A stretch of 64,000 nt of DNA from an uncultured delta proteobacterium (GCA_963778655.1 CAVZVA010000005.1:608001-672000); one strand, 5' to 3'; shown: positions 30,106 through 40,456, counted from the stretch's first letter. Notes: generated from the sequence alone by a model not told the origin. A program made the numbers and translations.

Positions 30106-31185
30106 TCACGGCGCGGCCACGGCGTCGGGCTCGGTGGCCGCGTCGCTTTCGTCGGAGTCCGGCTTGAGCAGCTCGCGCAAGACCACGGTCGCGTAGGCGC
30201 CTTTGGGCAAGCTGAAAGCAAGCTCGATGCCTGCGTCGAACGCTTGTACCGTCAGCTCGCTCGCGCGTACCCGCGCCACCCTGCGCGTGCCTGGCAACAA
30301 GCTGCGCAGTCGGGCTAGGGTCGCGTCGGGCAGGCCGGCGCGCGCCCACAACGCCCGCTCGGTCTCCAGCGCCACCTGATCCGGCCAGCGCATCTTGGCA
30401 CCGAAGATGGGGCCGGTCGGGCTGATCTCCCAGCGCTCCAGGCGCGCGCGCGCATCCTCCATATCGCTAGCGACGAACAAGCCGCCGCTGTCCTCCTTGC
30501 GCATCAGGTCGCCGAGCAGTGGTCTGTGCAGGCTGTCCTCTCGGACCCGGGCGGCCAGCCACGCGTTGAACCAGGAGGCTTGCAGCGCCGAGGCCAGCAG
30601 CTTCTTGTCGAAGCGGCCGTGAGGCGGCCGGCCGCCCTCGACCAGCCAGGCGCGGGCCCTGCGCAGGTTGCTCGCGTCCCGGCCGAAGCGCTGCTCGCCG
30701 TAGTAGTTCGGCGTGCCTCGCTCGACCAGCTCCGAAAGCAGCGTGCGCGTCGTCTCCAGCCCGGCTTGGGGGCCGCGGACCCGAATCCGAAAGCGGTTGC
30801 CGCGCAGGTGCCCTGTCCGAATCTTGTGAGGGTGACGGACCGCTTCGAGCACGCGGATTCCAGGCAATGCAAGCGCGCGCGCACGCTCGGGATCCGCGCC
30901 GAAGAAGCTGGCCCATTGCATGGTCACCGCGCGTCAATCCTTGAGCCCTGCCCAGCCGGCTTGGGCGGGGTCCACGCCGAGGCCGCGCGCCAAGCGGGCA
31001 ACCGCCTCTGGCGTGTTCAGGTCGGTCTTCTCGAAACACACGAACAGGTGCTCGCCGTGTCCGGCGGGGGCGTATGCGGGGATCTCCCAAACCGCGAAAT
31101 CCTCCGGCAGTGCCCGAATTTTTCCGAGTACTCTCAGCGATTTGGCTGTAGCATAGGGCAGTCGTTCAGAGTCGTCTGTGGACAT
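30106..31185 (-). pseudogene. truD: tRNA pseudouridine(13) synthase TruD with in-frame TGA
   Basis: PEDF, GEHL, AGLKD*RAVTMQW, GNRFRI, NYYGEQRFG, FSLPKGAYAT all in one frame; TGA at 30934-30936. Confidence 0.85.
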
Positions 31186-31370
31186 GGCCTCACTCCGACA
31201 GCGTTCCTTTATCTCAGCCGGAGCCGGCATACGAGTCGATAGAATCGATTCGAGCACGCATCCGCACGCAGCTCTCGCCGCGCCACGGCGCGAGCTGTTT
31301 GCGCGCTGCTCGGCGGGTCGAGGCACGCCGATCTCGAGCGCAACGCGCGTGCGCGTGTAGCAGGGACATC

Positions 31371-32477
31371 GTGGACCGTAGGGAGCGCGTCGAAGCCGAA
31401 AGCTCGAGGTTGATGGAAGCGGGCGTGGCGGGCCAAGCCTTTCCCGGTGGGGTGGCGTGCGTCTCGTGGCGCGAAGGCGACGAGGTAGTCTACGTGGATG
31501 TCGCGGCCGGACGCCTGCGCGCCGGCGAGCCCGAGGTCCGGGCCGGCACGCCGTATGACCTGGCGTCGATCACCAAGCCGGTGGTGGCGATGACGGCCCT
31601 GCGGTTGGTGGCTGCGGGCAAGCTGGCGCTCGACACCCGGACCGATACGGTGGTCAGCGACGTGCGCGGCGGCGTGGGCGGGGTCGCGACCCTGGAGGCG
31701 CTGCTCAGCCACCGCGCGGGGCTGGCCGCTTGGGGCGGATTGTACCTGGACGTGCCCCACGATGCGGGCAGCGCCGCGGCCCGGCGCTGGATCCTGAGCG
31801 AAGCCTCACGTCGTCCGGCCGAGGGCGAGGTCCAGGGCGTGCTCTACAGCGACCTCGGCTACCTGATCGCGGGCGAGGTGATCGCCCGAATCGCGGGCGA
31901 CAAGCTGGACAAGGTGGTCGCACGCGCGGTCACCGAGCCGCTGGGCATCAGCCGCGAGCTGTTTTATCCGGCCGCGCTGCCGCCCGACCGGCGCGCCCAG
32001 GTGGTGCGGGAAGCGGCGCCGACCGAGCACTGCGAGTGGCGCGGCCGTCTGATTCGCGGCGAGGTCCACGACGAGAACTGCGCCGCCTTCGGCGGGGTCG
32101 CCGGCAATGCGGGGCTGTTCGGTAGCGCGCGCGGGGTGGCGGTGTTCGGCCGGGCGTGCCTCGACTCGCTGTTGGGCCGCTCCGACTTCTTGAGCCGGGA
32201 GCTGATGGAAGGGGCGCTAGCCCCGCACGCCGACGGTGGCACGCTGCGCCTGGGCTGGGATACCAAGAGCCTGAAGGATAGCTCGGCCGGGCGGCGCATG
32301 AGCGACCGCGCCTTCGGCCACCTGGGCTTCACCGGGACCTCGCTGTGGTGTGACCCGGAGCGTGATCTCGTGGTCGTGCTGCTCACCAACCGCGTGCACC
32401 CGAGCCGCGCCAACGAGCGTATCAAGGGCTTCCGGCCCGGCTTCCACGACGGAATCATCGCCGCCCTGGGCAAGTAG
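31371..32477 (+). CDS. Serine hydrolase (beta-lactamase/PBP-like family)
   Basis: SxxK (SITK), YSD, GEVHDEN, GHLGFTG. Confidence 0.88.
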   Translation: MDRRERVEAESSRLMEAGVAGQAFPGGVACVSWREGDEVVYVDVAAGRLRAGEPEVRAGTPYDLASITKPVVAMTALRLVAAGKLALDTRTDTVVSDVRGGVGGVATLEALLSHRAGLAAWGGLYLDVPHDAGSAAARRWILSEASRRPAEGEVQGVLYSDLGYLIAGEVIARIAGDKLDKVVARAVTEPLGISRELFYPAALPPDRRAQVVREAAPTEHCEWRGRLIRGEVHDENCAAFGGVAGNAGLFGSARGVAVFGRACLDSLLGRSDFLSRELMEGALAPHADGGTLRLGWDTKSLKDSSAGRRMSDRAFGHLGFTGTSLWCDPERDLVVVLLTNRVHPSRANERIKGFRPGFHDGIIAALGK

Positions 32478-32548
32478 TCCGCCCCGCGCCCTCAGGCGTT
32501 GGGAGCGTCATCAACGTGGGCCCGCAGGAATCTGGACCACACTCAAGA

Positions 32549-32596
32549 CTTCCCGTCTTCCAGTTTCCTACGCCTGAGCTCTTCCGCCATCCCGCC
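32549..32596. repeat. GGGAAGAC-period dispersed repeat (degenerate copy)
   Basis: CTTCCCGTCTTCC between convergent stops. Confidence 0.55.
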
Positions 32597-34716
32597 TATC
32601 CGGCGAGCAGCCGCAGCTTGAGCCGGGAGCTGGTGCGTCGCTCGGCCGCGTTCCCGATTGCGCGAGCGAGCGCGCGCTCCTCGCCGACGATCACAGCCAG
32701 GCGCCGGGCGCGCGTGATCGCGGTGTAGACCAGCGCGCGGTTGAGCATCACGTGGTGCATGGCGTGCAGCACCACCACCACTGCCGGAAACTCGCTGCCC
32801 TGGACCTTGTGGATGGTGGAGGCGTAGGCCAGCGCCAGCGCGTCCAGGCCGTCGCGGTCATAAGCGACCCTGCGGCCCGAGACGTCCGCTACCAGCGATT
32901 CGCGGCCGACCTCGATCACCTCGCCGAGGTCGCCGTTGAACACCTCGCGCTCGTAGTCGTTTCTGAGCTGCATCACCTTGTCGCCCGCGCGCAGGCGACC
33001 GGGTTGCGAACCGGCGGGCGCCGGGTTGTACGCCTTCTGCAGCAGCTCGTTCAGGCGCACGGTGCCGAGCGCGCCCTTGCGCATCGGGCTCAGCACCTGC
33101 ACGTCGTGGCGCGGATCGAGCCCGTAGGCGCTCTGCATGCGCGCCAGCGCCTCCAACACCCGCTGGCACACCAGCTCGGGATCGCTGGCGCGGATCAGAA
33201 ACAGGTCGCCGTCGCCGTGCTCGCCAGCGGCCGTGGGGATCGGCATCCGGCCCTGCTGGATGGCGTGCGCCGCGCGCACGATCGTGCTGCGCTGCGCCTG
33301 GCGGAACACCTGGGTCAACCGCACCACCGGGCAGGCGCCGGCGTCCAGCAGCTCGCGCAGCAGCGGGCCCGGGCCCACGGGCGGCAGCTGGTCGACGTCA
33401 CCCACCAGCACCAGCGTGCAGCCGTCGGGAATCGCGCGCAGCAGGCTGTCGCCGAGCAGCAGGTCGAGCATCGAGGCCTCGTCCACCAGCACGACGTCGG
33501 CTTCCAGCGGGGCGCTCTCGTCGCGATGAAAGCCGCCGGTCGCCGGGTTGTACTCGAGCAGGCGGTGGATGGTCTGCGCGTCGGCGGAGGTGGCTTCGCT
33601 CAGGCGCTTGGCGGCCCGGCCCGTGGGCGCGCACAGCAACACGCGGCGGCTCAGCTTGCGCTGGGCCGCGACCAGCGCGCGCACCGTCGTGGTCTTGCCG
33701 GTACCGGGCCCGCCGGTGAGCACGAACAGCCCTTGATGCAAAGAGGTCTCGACCGCGCGGCGTTGATCGTCGCTCAGGTCGGCCGAGAGCGCCGAGCGCA
33801 GCGCGCGCTCCGCCCCGGCCGGCAGCGCGCGGCTGCCGGAGAGCGCGCGCAGGCGGCGCGCAGCGTTGACCTCGGCGCGGTACAGCGGCGCGGCGTAGAT
33901 CGCCTCGTCCTCGACCACCACCAGGCCGCGAGCCGCAAGCGTCTCGACGGCATCGCGCAGCGCCTCCTGCGGTACGCCGAGGCGCGCGCCTTGCTCGGTG
34001 AGATCGCGCATCACCACCAGCACGTTGCCCTCGTCCGCGGCGCGGCCCACCAGGTGCAGCACCGCGCCGGCGGCGCGCCGCGGATCGTCGGTATGGTAAC
34101 CGAGCGCGCGCCCGATGCGGTCGGCGGTGGCGAAGCCCACGCCCGCGACCTCCTCGGCGACCAGGTACGGGTCGTCGCGCAGCACGCGCACCGTGTCATC
34201 GCCGTATTGCTTGCGGATGCGCTTGGCCAATGCCGGGCCCAGACCCAGGCTCTGCACGTAGGAGAGCGCCTCGGCCTCGGCCGTGCGGCTGCGCACCGCC
34301 TCGGCGATGGCGCCCGCCCGGCGCGGGCCGATCCCGCTGACCTCGCGCAGGCGGCCCGACTGGGTGGCGATCACCTCGAGCGTGTGTTCCCCGAAGCGCT
34401 GCACCAGGCGCTCGGCCAGTGCCGGCCCCACGCCCGGCACCAGACCCGAGCCGAGGTAGCGCTGGATGCCAGCGCGCGTGCGTGGCGTGACCGGCGTGAA
34501 GCTCTCGACCTGGAAGCGCTCGCCGTACTGGGCGTGGGTCTGGAAGCGCCCGCGCACCGAGAGCGTCTCGCCGCGCGCGACCGCGCCCAGCTCCCCCACC
34601 AGCACCACGTCGCTCTGTTGGTCTTCGCGCGTGGCGCGCAGCACGTTGAAGCGCCCATCCTCGCTGCGGAAGATGACCTCGTCGACGGTGACGGACAGGG
34701 CTTGATCGCGGGCCAT
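32596..34716 (-). CDS. recD2: ATP-dependent RecD2-like DNA helicase
   Basis: N-terminal HhH (GVGPALAERL), GGPGTGKTT, DEASM, GDVDQLP, TIHKVQGSEF, YTAITRA. Confidence 0.93.
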   Translation of the reverse strand: MARDQALSVTVDEVIFRSEDGRFNVLRATREDQQSDVVLVGELGAVARGETLSVRGRFQTHAQYGERFQVESFTPVTPRTRAGIQRYLGSGLVPGVGPALAERLVQRFGEHTLEVIATQSGRLREVSGIGPRRAGAIAEAVRSRTAEAEALSYVQSLGLGPALAKRIRKQYGDDTVRVLRDDPYLVAEEVAGVGFATADRIGRALGYHTDDPRRAAGAVLHLVGRAADEGNVLVVMRDLTEQGARLGVPQEALRDAVETLAARGLVVVEDEAIYAAPLYRAEVNAARRLRALSGSRALPAGAERALRSALSADLSDDQRRAVETSLHQGLFVLTGGPGTGKTTTVRALVAAQRKLSRRVLLCAPTGRAAKRLSEATSADAQTIHRLLEYNPATGGFHRDESAPLEADVVLVDEASMLDLLLGDSLLRAIPDGCTLVLVGDVDQLPPVGPGPLLRELLDAGACPVVRLTQVFRQAQRSTIVRAAHAIQQGRMPIPTAAGEHGDGDLFLIRASDPELVCQRVLEALARMQSAYGLDPRHDVQVLSPMRKGALGTVRLNELLQKAYNPAPAGSQPGRLRAGDKVMQLRNDYEREVFNGDLGEVIEVGRESLVADVSGRRVAYDRDGLDALALAYASTIHKVQGSEFPAVVVVLHAMHHVMLNRALVYTAITRARRLAVIVGEERALARAIGNAAERRTSSRLKLRLLAG

Positions 34717-34759
34717 GCGCCGGGCTCGCGGCGAGCATAGAGCGGTTGCCGACCATGCT

Positions 34760-36349
34760 CTAGCGGCCGGGAGTGCAGGTGTCGTCGGCATCGTAGACGA
34801 AGCTTCCCGGTGCGCCGTCGCGCATGTCCGCGCTGGCGCGCACGTTGCACACGCCCGGCCGCGGCCGCGGCGTGGCCGGCGCCGCGCTCACGCGCCGCCC
34901 CTGCGGATCGCGCAGATAGAGCGCCACGCCCGCATTCGCGAGCCCGGAGCCGCCGAGCGCGCGCCCCACCCGTACCAGTGGAGCGCCGGGCGGCGGGGTG
35001 GCGTCACGCGGATCGGCCGGATCGAAGCCGTCGCTTACCAGCAGCAGCCGGGTATGTGCCGGCACCCGCGCCGAGACGGCAATCGGATCGGGGCTGGCAT
35101 CGGCCCGCGTGCTCAGCGTGAAGCCGCGCAGGTCGGTCTCCCGTTCGCCGTAGTTGAGTAGCTCGACCAGCTCTTGCTGCGGCTCGGGGCCCAGCGGGTC
35201 GGCGCGCACCTCGACAATCGAGAGCGTGGCCAGCGGCGTTGTGGTGTGCACCACCAGCGCGCGCTGTGTCAGGTTGCCTGCAGCATCGCGCAGCTCGAGC
35301 CGCAGCGGGACATCGCTGTCGGACGGCAGCGCGCTCAGCCGCAGGCGCGCGGCACCGCCCGGGGCGACCGCGCTCACCGAGCGGATTCCGGCGTGCAGGC
35401 GCGCCAGCACCGCCTCGTCGGCCTGCAACTGCAGCGTCACGCTGGTGTCATCGACCAGCGCGCAGCCGAGCGCGAGTGGCTGCTCGTCGACGGCGCAGGC
35501 GCGGGTCGAGATCGCGGGCGGGCTGCGATCGGGGCCCGCGGCGGTGCGAAAGGTTGCCCGCCACGGTCCCAAAGGCGCGCCGTGCAGATCGCGCGCCTCG
35601 CTGCCCACGACGACCTCATAGACGCTCTGCGGTGCGAGCGCCGCGTCCGGGGTGATGCGCACGCACGCCAGCGCGTCGTGCTCGGGGGCCAGCGTCGCGC
35701 ACTTGTCCGACGCGATCTGCGCGGGCACCGCGAGCCCGTCCGGGCCCTGCAGCCAGGCGCCGTCCTCGGCGCCCTCGACTGCGCCGTCCAGACCGATCAC
35801 GATCGCCGCGAGGTTGGTGCCCACGCCCACGGCGCCGTCCGCTGGCCATGATTCGACGACCCTGGCGCCAGCGTCGGCTCCGGAAGCGGTGGCCAGCGCG
35901 AAGATCGCCGGCACGGCCCCGGCGAGCGAGGCGCCTTGGGCCGAACGCACCCACCCGCCCACCGCCAGCGTGTAGTCGGCGTCCGGCTCGAGCGCGGCCG
36001 CCGGCAGCAGCGCGAGCGCCGCGCCCGCCGGTTGCAGCGTGATCGCGAGCGCGCGATCGAGATAGGCGGCGGAGAGCGGTTTGCGCGCGAGCGCGCTCGC
36101 GAGGTCGTCCGGCTGCGCGCTGCCCTTCAGCAGGAACACGGCGTCGCTCCCGGCGTCGAGCCCGGCCGGGTGGTCCAGGTAGAGCCGCGGCCGCCTGGGC
36201 AGCGCGCTGGTGTCGGCCGGAAGGTCGCGGTAGTCGGCGGCGCGCAGGCGCAGGCTGCCCCCGCCCGCGGCGCGTTGGGGCGGCTCGACCCGAACGCAGC
36301 CGAGCGCGACCAAGACCAACGTGGCAGCTGTGGCAGCCCGGCGCGCCAT
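34760..36349 (-). CDS. Lipoprotein with Ig-like domains and C-terminal lamin-tail domain
   Basis: Lipobox ALGC; ESWPADGA Ig-like start; IVEVRADP...ELVELLN...DLRGFTL; ends TPGR. Confidence 0.75.
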   Translation of the reverse strand: MARRAATAATLVLVALGCVRVEPPQRAAGGGSLRLRAADYRDLPADTSALPRRPRLYLDHPAGLDAGSDAVFLLKGSAQPDDLASALARKPLSAAYLDRALAITLQPAGAALALLPAAALEPDADYTLAVGGWVRSAQGASLAGAVPAIFALATASGADAGARVVESWPADGAVGVGTNLAAIVIGLDGAVEGAEDGAWLQGPDGLAVPAQIASDKCATLAPEHDALACVRITPDAALAPQSVYEVVVGSEARDLHGAPLGPWRATFRTAAGPDRSPPAISTRACAVDEQPLALGCALVDDTSVTLQLQADEAVLARLHAGIRSVSAVAPGGAARLRLSALPSDSDVPLRLELRDAAGNLTQRALVVHTTTPLATLSIVEVRADPLGPEPQQELVELLNYGERETDLRGFTLSTRADASPDPIAVSARVPAHTRLLLVSDGFDPADPRDATPPPGAPLVRVGRALGGSGLANAGVALYLRDPQGRRVSAAPATPRPRPGVCNVRASADMRDGAPGSFVYDADDTCTPGR

Positions 36350-36454
36350 GCCCAGCTATCGCGCGTTGCCCGGCTGCGGTTGCGTCCCTGCGTGATGAAA
36401 TCGCGGGCTCGGGCTCGAGCTGGCGAGTTTTGCTATGCTCTACGCCAGAGGCTG

Positions 36455-37096
36455 GTGAACCCGAGCGCGATGGACGGGATGGCGTACGGACTGGAAGCCC
36501 CGGTGCTGGTTCTCAATCGGAACTACCAGCCGGTACGCGTGACGCGGGCTCGCCGCGCCCTGATGATGCTCTACATCGGGGCGGCCAAGGCGCTCGACGG
36601 GCGCTACGAGGCCTACGATTTTCCCCGCTGGCAGCAGCTCACGGCCGGGGGCGACTACGAGGTGATCGGCACCAGCTCGGGGCCCTTGCGCGTGCCGCGG
36701 CTGATGCTGGTCGCGCGCTACGGGCGCATTCCGAGCACCACCATTCGGCTCTCGCGGCGCAACGTGTACTTGCGCGACGACTACACCTGCCAGTACTGCG
36801 GATCGCGCATGCCGAGCAAAGAGCTCAACCTCGACCACGTGACTCCTCGCTCGCAGGGCGGGCGCGCGACCTGGGAGAACCTGGTGACCTCGTGCAGGCG
36901 CTGCAACTTCTCCAAGGGCGGGGCCACGCCCGAGGCCGCGGGGATGCGCTTGCTGCGCCCGCCGAGCCGTCCCAGCTGGTCCACGGCCGCCGCACTGGCC
37001 GCGGCGCCGCGTCACTTCCGCGAGTGGGAGCCGTTTCTCGGCGTGCAGGCGAGCCCGTGGAGCGAAGACGGGCAGGCCCGCGCCCGCCTGGGTTGA
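36455..37096 (+). CDS. HNH endonuclease
   Basis: VLVLN, RDDYTCQYCG, LDHVTPRSQGG, WENLVTSCRRCN; start uncertain (36455/36470/36479). Confidence 0.9.
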   Translation: MNPSAMDGMAYGLEAPVLVLNRNYQPVRVTRARRALMMLYIGAAKALDGRYEAYDFPRWQQLTAGGDYEVIGTSSGPLRVPRLMLVARYGRIPSTTIRLSRRNVYLRDDYTCQYCGSRMPSKELNLDHVTPRSQGGRATWENLVTSCRRCNFSKGGATPEAAGMRLLRPPSRPSWSTAAALAAAPRHFREWEPFLGVQASPWSEDGQARARLG

Positions 37097-37156
37097 GCGC
37101 GGCTCGGAGCGCGTGCCAGGCCTGCCGGCGGCCTGGTTTGCGAAGCCAGAGCGGTC

Positions 37157-38989
37157 TTGGTACAGACTGCGCGCGTGGCGGCCGAGGACGAGAACGGCGA
37201 CGACGACGGCGGCGAGCTCGACATCGACGTCGAGCCCGAGGCCGTGGCAGCGCGGGTCGAGCCTGCGCTCGAGCTGTTTCGCGAGCCCGAGCCGGACGAG
37301 GCCGAGGATCCCGGTGACGCCGCGGGGCCTCGGCCGGCGGCCGAGGCAGCTTCCGCTGGCGAGCCGCCGGCCGGCGACGCGGGCGAGCCCGCCGCCGCAG
37401 CCGAGCCGAGCGCGCCGCCGCCGCGCGTGGCCGCGGTCGAGGAGCGCGCGCCGGATGCGCGCCCGCCGCTGCGGGTGTTGGTGGTGGGGGGCGCGCGCGG
37501 TGGCGTAGGCAAGACCGTGCTGGCGGCCAACCTCGGGCTTTACCTGGCCACGATCGGACGCAAGGTGGTGCTGGTCGACGCCGACCCCGCGGGAGCCAAT
37601 CTCCACACCTGTCTGGGCACCACGCCGCCGATCCCGCTGAGCAAGCTGCGGCGCGGCGGGCGCAGCGAGCCACCGCGCTCGGGCGCGCTCTACGCCGAGG
37701 CGTTGCAGGAGTCGTCGTTTCGCGGCTTGCAGTTGTTGCACCTGGGGCTGGACGAGCCGGCCACCAGCGGCCGCAGCGACCGCCTGGCCAAGCTGATGGG
37801 CGGCTTGCGCGAGCTGGACGCCGACTATGCGGTGGTCGATCTGGGCGTGGGGCTGGGGCGCGAGGTGCTCGACAACTACCTCGCCGCCGACTTGTCGCTG
37901 TTCGTGACCGTGCCGGAGCCGACCGCGATTGAAAATACCTATCGCTTCCTGCGCGGCGCGTTCGTGCGCTTCCTGTTGCACCAGAGCCCGAGCGACGAAG
38001 CGCGCAGCGAGCTCGAGCGCAGGATGCGCGCGCTGGGCGGGGCGCCTGCGCCGCTGGACCTGCTGCACGAGCTGGAGCAGGAGGGGCACGTCCTTGCGGA
38101 CGTGGTGCGCGACGCGATGGAGCGCTTCCGCCCTCACGTGGTCATCAACCAGACGCGGCTGCGCGCCGACCTCGAGCTGGGGTTCGCGATGCAGAGCGCT
38201 GCACGCAGGCGGCTGGGGGTGACGCTCGACTACGTCGGCCACATCGATCACGACGACACCGTGTGGACCTGCGTGCGAAATCGGCGCCCGCTGCTGCTCG
38301 AGGTGCCTGGCGCCAAGTCGAGCCGCAAGATCGAGAAGATCGCGCGCCACGTCTTGATGCTCGACACCGGCAAGGCCGCGGCGCCACGGCTGCGCGGCGT
38401 GCCGCGCGGCGGGCATCACGACCTGCTCGAGATCGAGCGCGGCGCTTCGGACGAGGACATCCGCCGCGCCTACAAGCGCGGGCGCGAGGTCTACGCTCAC
38501 GACGCGCTGTGCTGCTACGGCCTGTTCGAGCCGCACGAGATCGAGAAGCTGCGCGCGCGTCTGGACGAGGCCTTCGACGTGCTGGTCGACCCGGCGCGGC
38601 GCAGGCCCTACGAGCTGTCGGTGTTCAGCGACGAGCCCGAGCCCGCGCCGGCCGCGCAGGAGGCCGAGGTCGAGGAAGAGCCGCCGCGGCCGCCGCCGGA
38701 GGTGACGCCCGATACGCAGTTCACCGGCGCGCTGTTGCGCCAGGTGCGCGAGTCGCAGCGCATGACGCTGCACGAGATCAACCAGCGCACCAAGATCTCG
38801 CTGCCGTACCTGCGCGCGATCGAGGAAGACGACTTCGGCCGGCTGCCGGAGTTGGTCTACACCAGCGGCTTTCTCAAGGAGCTCGGGCGCCACCTCAGGC
38901 TCGATCCGCAACAGGTCAGCCGCACCTATGTCGGTCGCTACAAGCGCTACCTCGAGGAGAAGCAACGCGCCTTCGCGCGCAAGTCGTGA
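37157..38989 (+). CDS. MinD/FlhG-like ATPase fused to J-like domain and HTH (RodZ-type)
   Basis: GARGGVGKT, VDADP, VVDLG, PEPTAIEN; LLEIERGASDEDIRRAY; GALLRQVRE...YLRAIEEDDF. Confidence 0.8.
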   Translation: MVQTARVAAEDENGDDDGGELDIDVEPEAVAARVEPALELFREPEPDEAEDPGDAAGPRPAAEAASAGEPPAGDAGEPAAAAEPSAPPPRVAAVEERAPDARPPLRVLVVGGARGGVGKTVLAANLGLYLATIGRKVVLVDADPAGANLHTCLGTTPPIPLSKLRRGGRSEPPRSGALYAEALQESSFRGLQLLHLGLDEPATSGRSDRLAKLMGGLRELDADYAVVDLGVGLGREVLDNYLAADLSLFVTVPEPTAIENTYRFLRGAFVRFLLHQSPSDEARSELERRMRALGGAPAPLDLLHELEQEGHVLADVVRDAMERFRPHVVINQTRLRADLELGFAMQSAARRRLGVTLDYVGHIDHDDTVWTCVRNRRPLLLEVPGAKSSRKIEKIARHVLMLDTGKAAAPRLRGVPRGGHHDLLEIERGASDEDIRRAYKRGREVYAHDALCCYGLFEPHEIEKLRARLDEAFDVLVDPARRRPYELSVFSDEPEPAPAAQEAEVEEEPPRPPPEVTPDTQFTGALLRQVRESQRMTLHEINQRTKISLPYLRAIEEDDFGRLPELVYTSGFLKELGRHLRLDPQQVSRTYVGRYKRYLEEKQRAFARKS

Positions 38990-39106
38990 CTGCGGGCGGC
39001 ACGCGCGGTGCGGGGACGAGACGAGACGGATGGGTCCAGTTGTGAAGCGAGCGCAGCGCGTCCCGAGCATGCCGGTGGTGCTTTGCGTGACGTGCGCGAG
39101 GCCGGC

Positions 39107-39718
39107 ATGAGCACCGCGCTCGAGCCGGTCTCGCTGGTGCTGGCCTCGGGCTCGCCGCGGCGGCGCGACATCCTCTCGCAGCTCGGCGTGCGCTTCTCGG
39201 TGATCGAAAGCGGCGTCGAGGAGCCTCCGGCGGGCGGTGCCGAGCCCGAGGCGTACGCCGGCGAGCTCGCGGCGCGCAAGGCCGAGGCCGTGCGCGAACG
39301 GCTCCACGCGCAAGGCAGCCGCGCCTTCGTGCTGGGCGCGGACACGATCGTGGTGATCGGTGGCGAGGTGCTGGGCAAGCCCGCCGACGACGCCGACGCG
39401 CTGCGCATGCTGCTGGCGCTGCAGGGGCGCAGCCACCAGGTGATCACGGCACTCGCGCTGCGCCGCGCCGGCGGCGCGCTCGCACGCGGGATCGCGGTGC
39501 GCTCGCGGGTGACCTTCCGCGCGCTCGACGAATCGACCGCGCGCCGCTACGTGGCCTCGGGCGAGGGCCGCGACAAGGCCGGCTCGTACGCGGTGCAGGG
39601 TCTGGGCGCAGGCTTGGTGCGCGCGATCGAGGGCTCGTACTCCAACGTTGTCGGGCTGCCCGCGTGCGAGACGCTCGAGCTGTTGAGCGCGGCCGGCGCG
39701 CTCGAGGCCTGGCCGTGA
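39107..39718 (+). CDS. maf: Maf family NTP pyrophosphatase
   Basis: LASGSPRR, GADTIV, GKP, DKAGSYAVQG, NVVGLP. Confidence 0.93.
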   Translation: MSTALEPVSLVLASGSPRRRDILSQLGVRFSVIESGVEEPPAGGAEPEAYAGELAARKAEAVRERLHAQGSRAFVLGADTIVVIGGEVLGKPADDADALRMLLALQGRSHQVITALALRRAGGALARGIAVRSRVTFRALDESTARRYVASGEGRDKAGSYAVQGLGAGLVRAIEGSYSNVVGLPACETLELLSAAGALEAWP

Positions 39719-40422
39719 ACGACGTCGTCGCGGGGCTCGCGGCGGTGCGCTCGCGCATCGACGCCGCCTGCAGCAAAGCGGGGCGCGCGCCGGGCTCGGT
39801 GCGCTTGCTGGCGGTTTCCAAGGGCCACGCTGCTACCGCGATGCGCGCGGCCTACGCGGCCGGCCAGCGCGAATTCGGCGAGAGCTACGTGCAGGAGTGG
39901 AAGGCCAAGCGCGCGCTGCTCGCGGATCTGCCGCAGCTGCGGGCGCGCTTCATCGGCCGGCTGCAGCGCAACAAGGTCAAGGAGGTGCTCGCGCTCGGTT
40001 GCGCCGTCGACAGCCTGGATTCGGAGCCGCTCGCGGCCGCGCTCGGCCAGCGCGCCGAGGCGCTCGGCACGCGGCTCGAGGTGATGCTTCAGGTCAACCT
40101 CGACCGCGAACTGCAAAAGGCGGGCGTGCCGCCCGAAGCGGTCGAGCCGCTGTGCGAAGCGGTGCGGGGCATGCCTGCGCTCTCGCTCGTGGGGCTGATG
40201 ACCATCCCCCGCGCCGCCGCCGATCCGGAGCACAGCCGGCCCGCGTTTGCCGCGCTGCGCGGGCTGGGGGCACGGCTCGGCCTGCGCGAGCTGTCGATGG
40301 GTATGAGCGACGACCTGGAGGTGGCGATCGAAGAGGGCGCGACCATAGTGCGCGTCGGCACGGCCATCTTCGGGGTGCGGGAAGCGAAGACAATAGGAAG
40401 GCGGGACGACGGGAAGAAGTAG
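39715..40422 (+). CDS. yggS: PLP homeostasis protein YggS
   Basis: [38 protein letters not shown]. Confidence 0.93.
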   Translation: MNDVVAGLAAVRSRIDAACSKAGRAPGSVRLLAVSKGHAATAMRAAYAAGQREFGESYVQEWKAKRALLADLPQLRARFIGRLQRNKVKEVLALGCAVDSLDSEPLAAALGQRAEALGTRLEVMLQVNLDRELQKAGVPPEAVEPLCEAVRGMPALSLVGLMTIPRAAADPEHSRPAFAALRGLGARLGLRELSMGMSDDLEVAIEEGATIVRVGTAIFGVREAKTIGRRDDGKK

Positions 40423-40456
40423 GCCCGCTTGCCCCGGGTCTTCGCGTCTTGCTGTG
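40395..40456. repeat. GGGAAGAC-period palindromic repeat
   Basis: AGGAAGGCGGGACGACGGGAAG ... GTCTTCGCGTCTTGCTGTG. Confidence 0.6.

Noticed and set aside
30927..30936. Frameshift in truD
   Set aside because: Both ORFs are in the same frame; the lesion is an in-frame stop.
31371..32477. Antibiotic-resistance beta-lactamase
   Set aside because: The motifs (YSD, GEVHDEN, HLG) fit the generic serine hydrolase/esterase branch.
32596..37096. Helicase plus HNH anti-phage defence system
   Set aside because: Both are common stand-alone types, divergently transcribed, in a housekeeping context with no compositional anomaly.
36440..39436. 998-aa minus-strand ORF, and similar long ORFs at 52621-54825 (+), 58274-60274 (-), 20487-22709 (+), 45213-47381 (-)
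   Set aside because: These are antisense shadows of recognisable genes, expected at high GC3, and carry no motifs.
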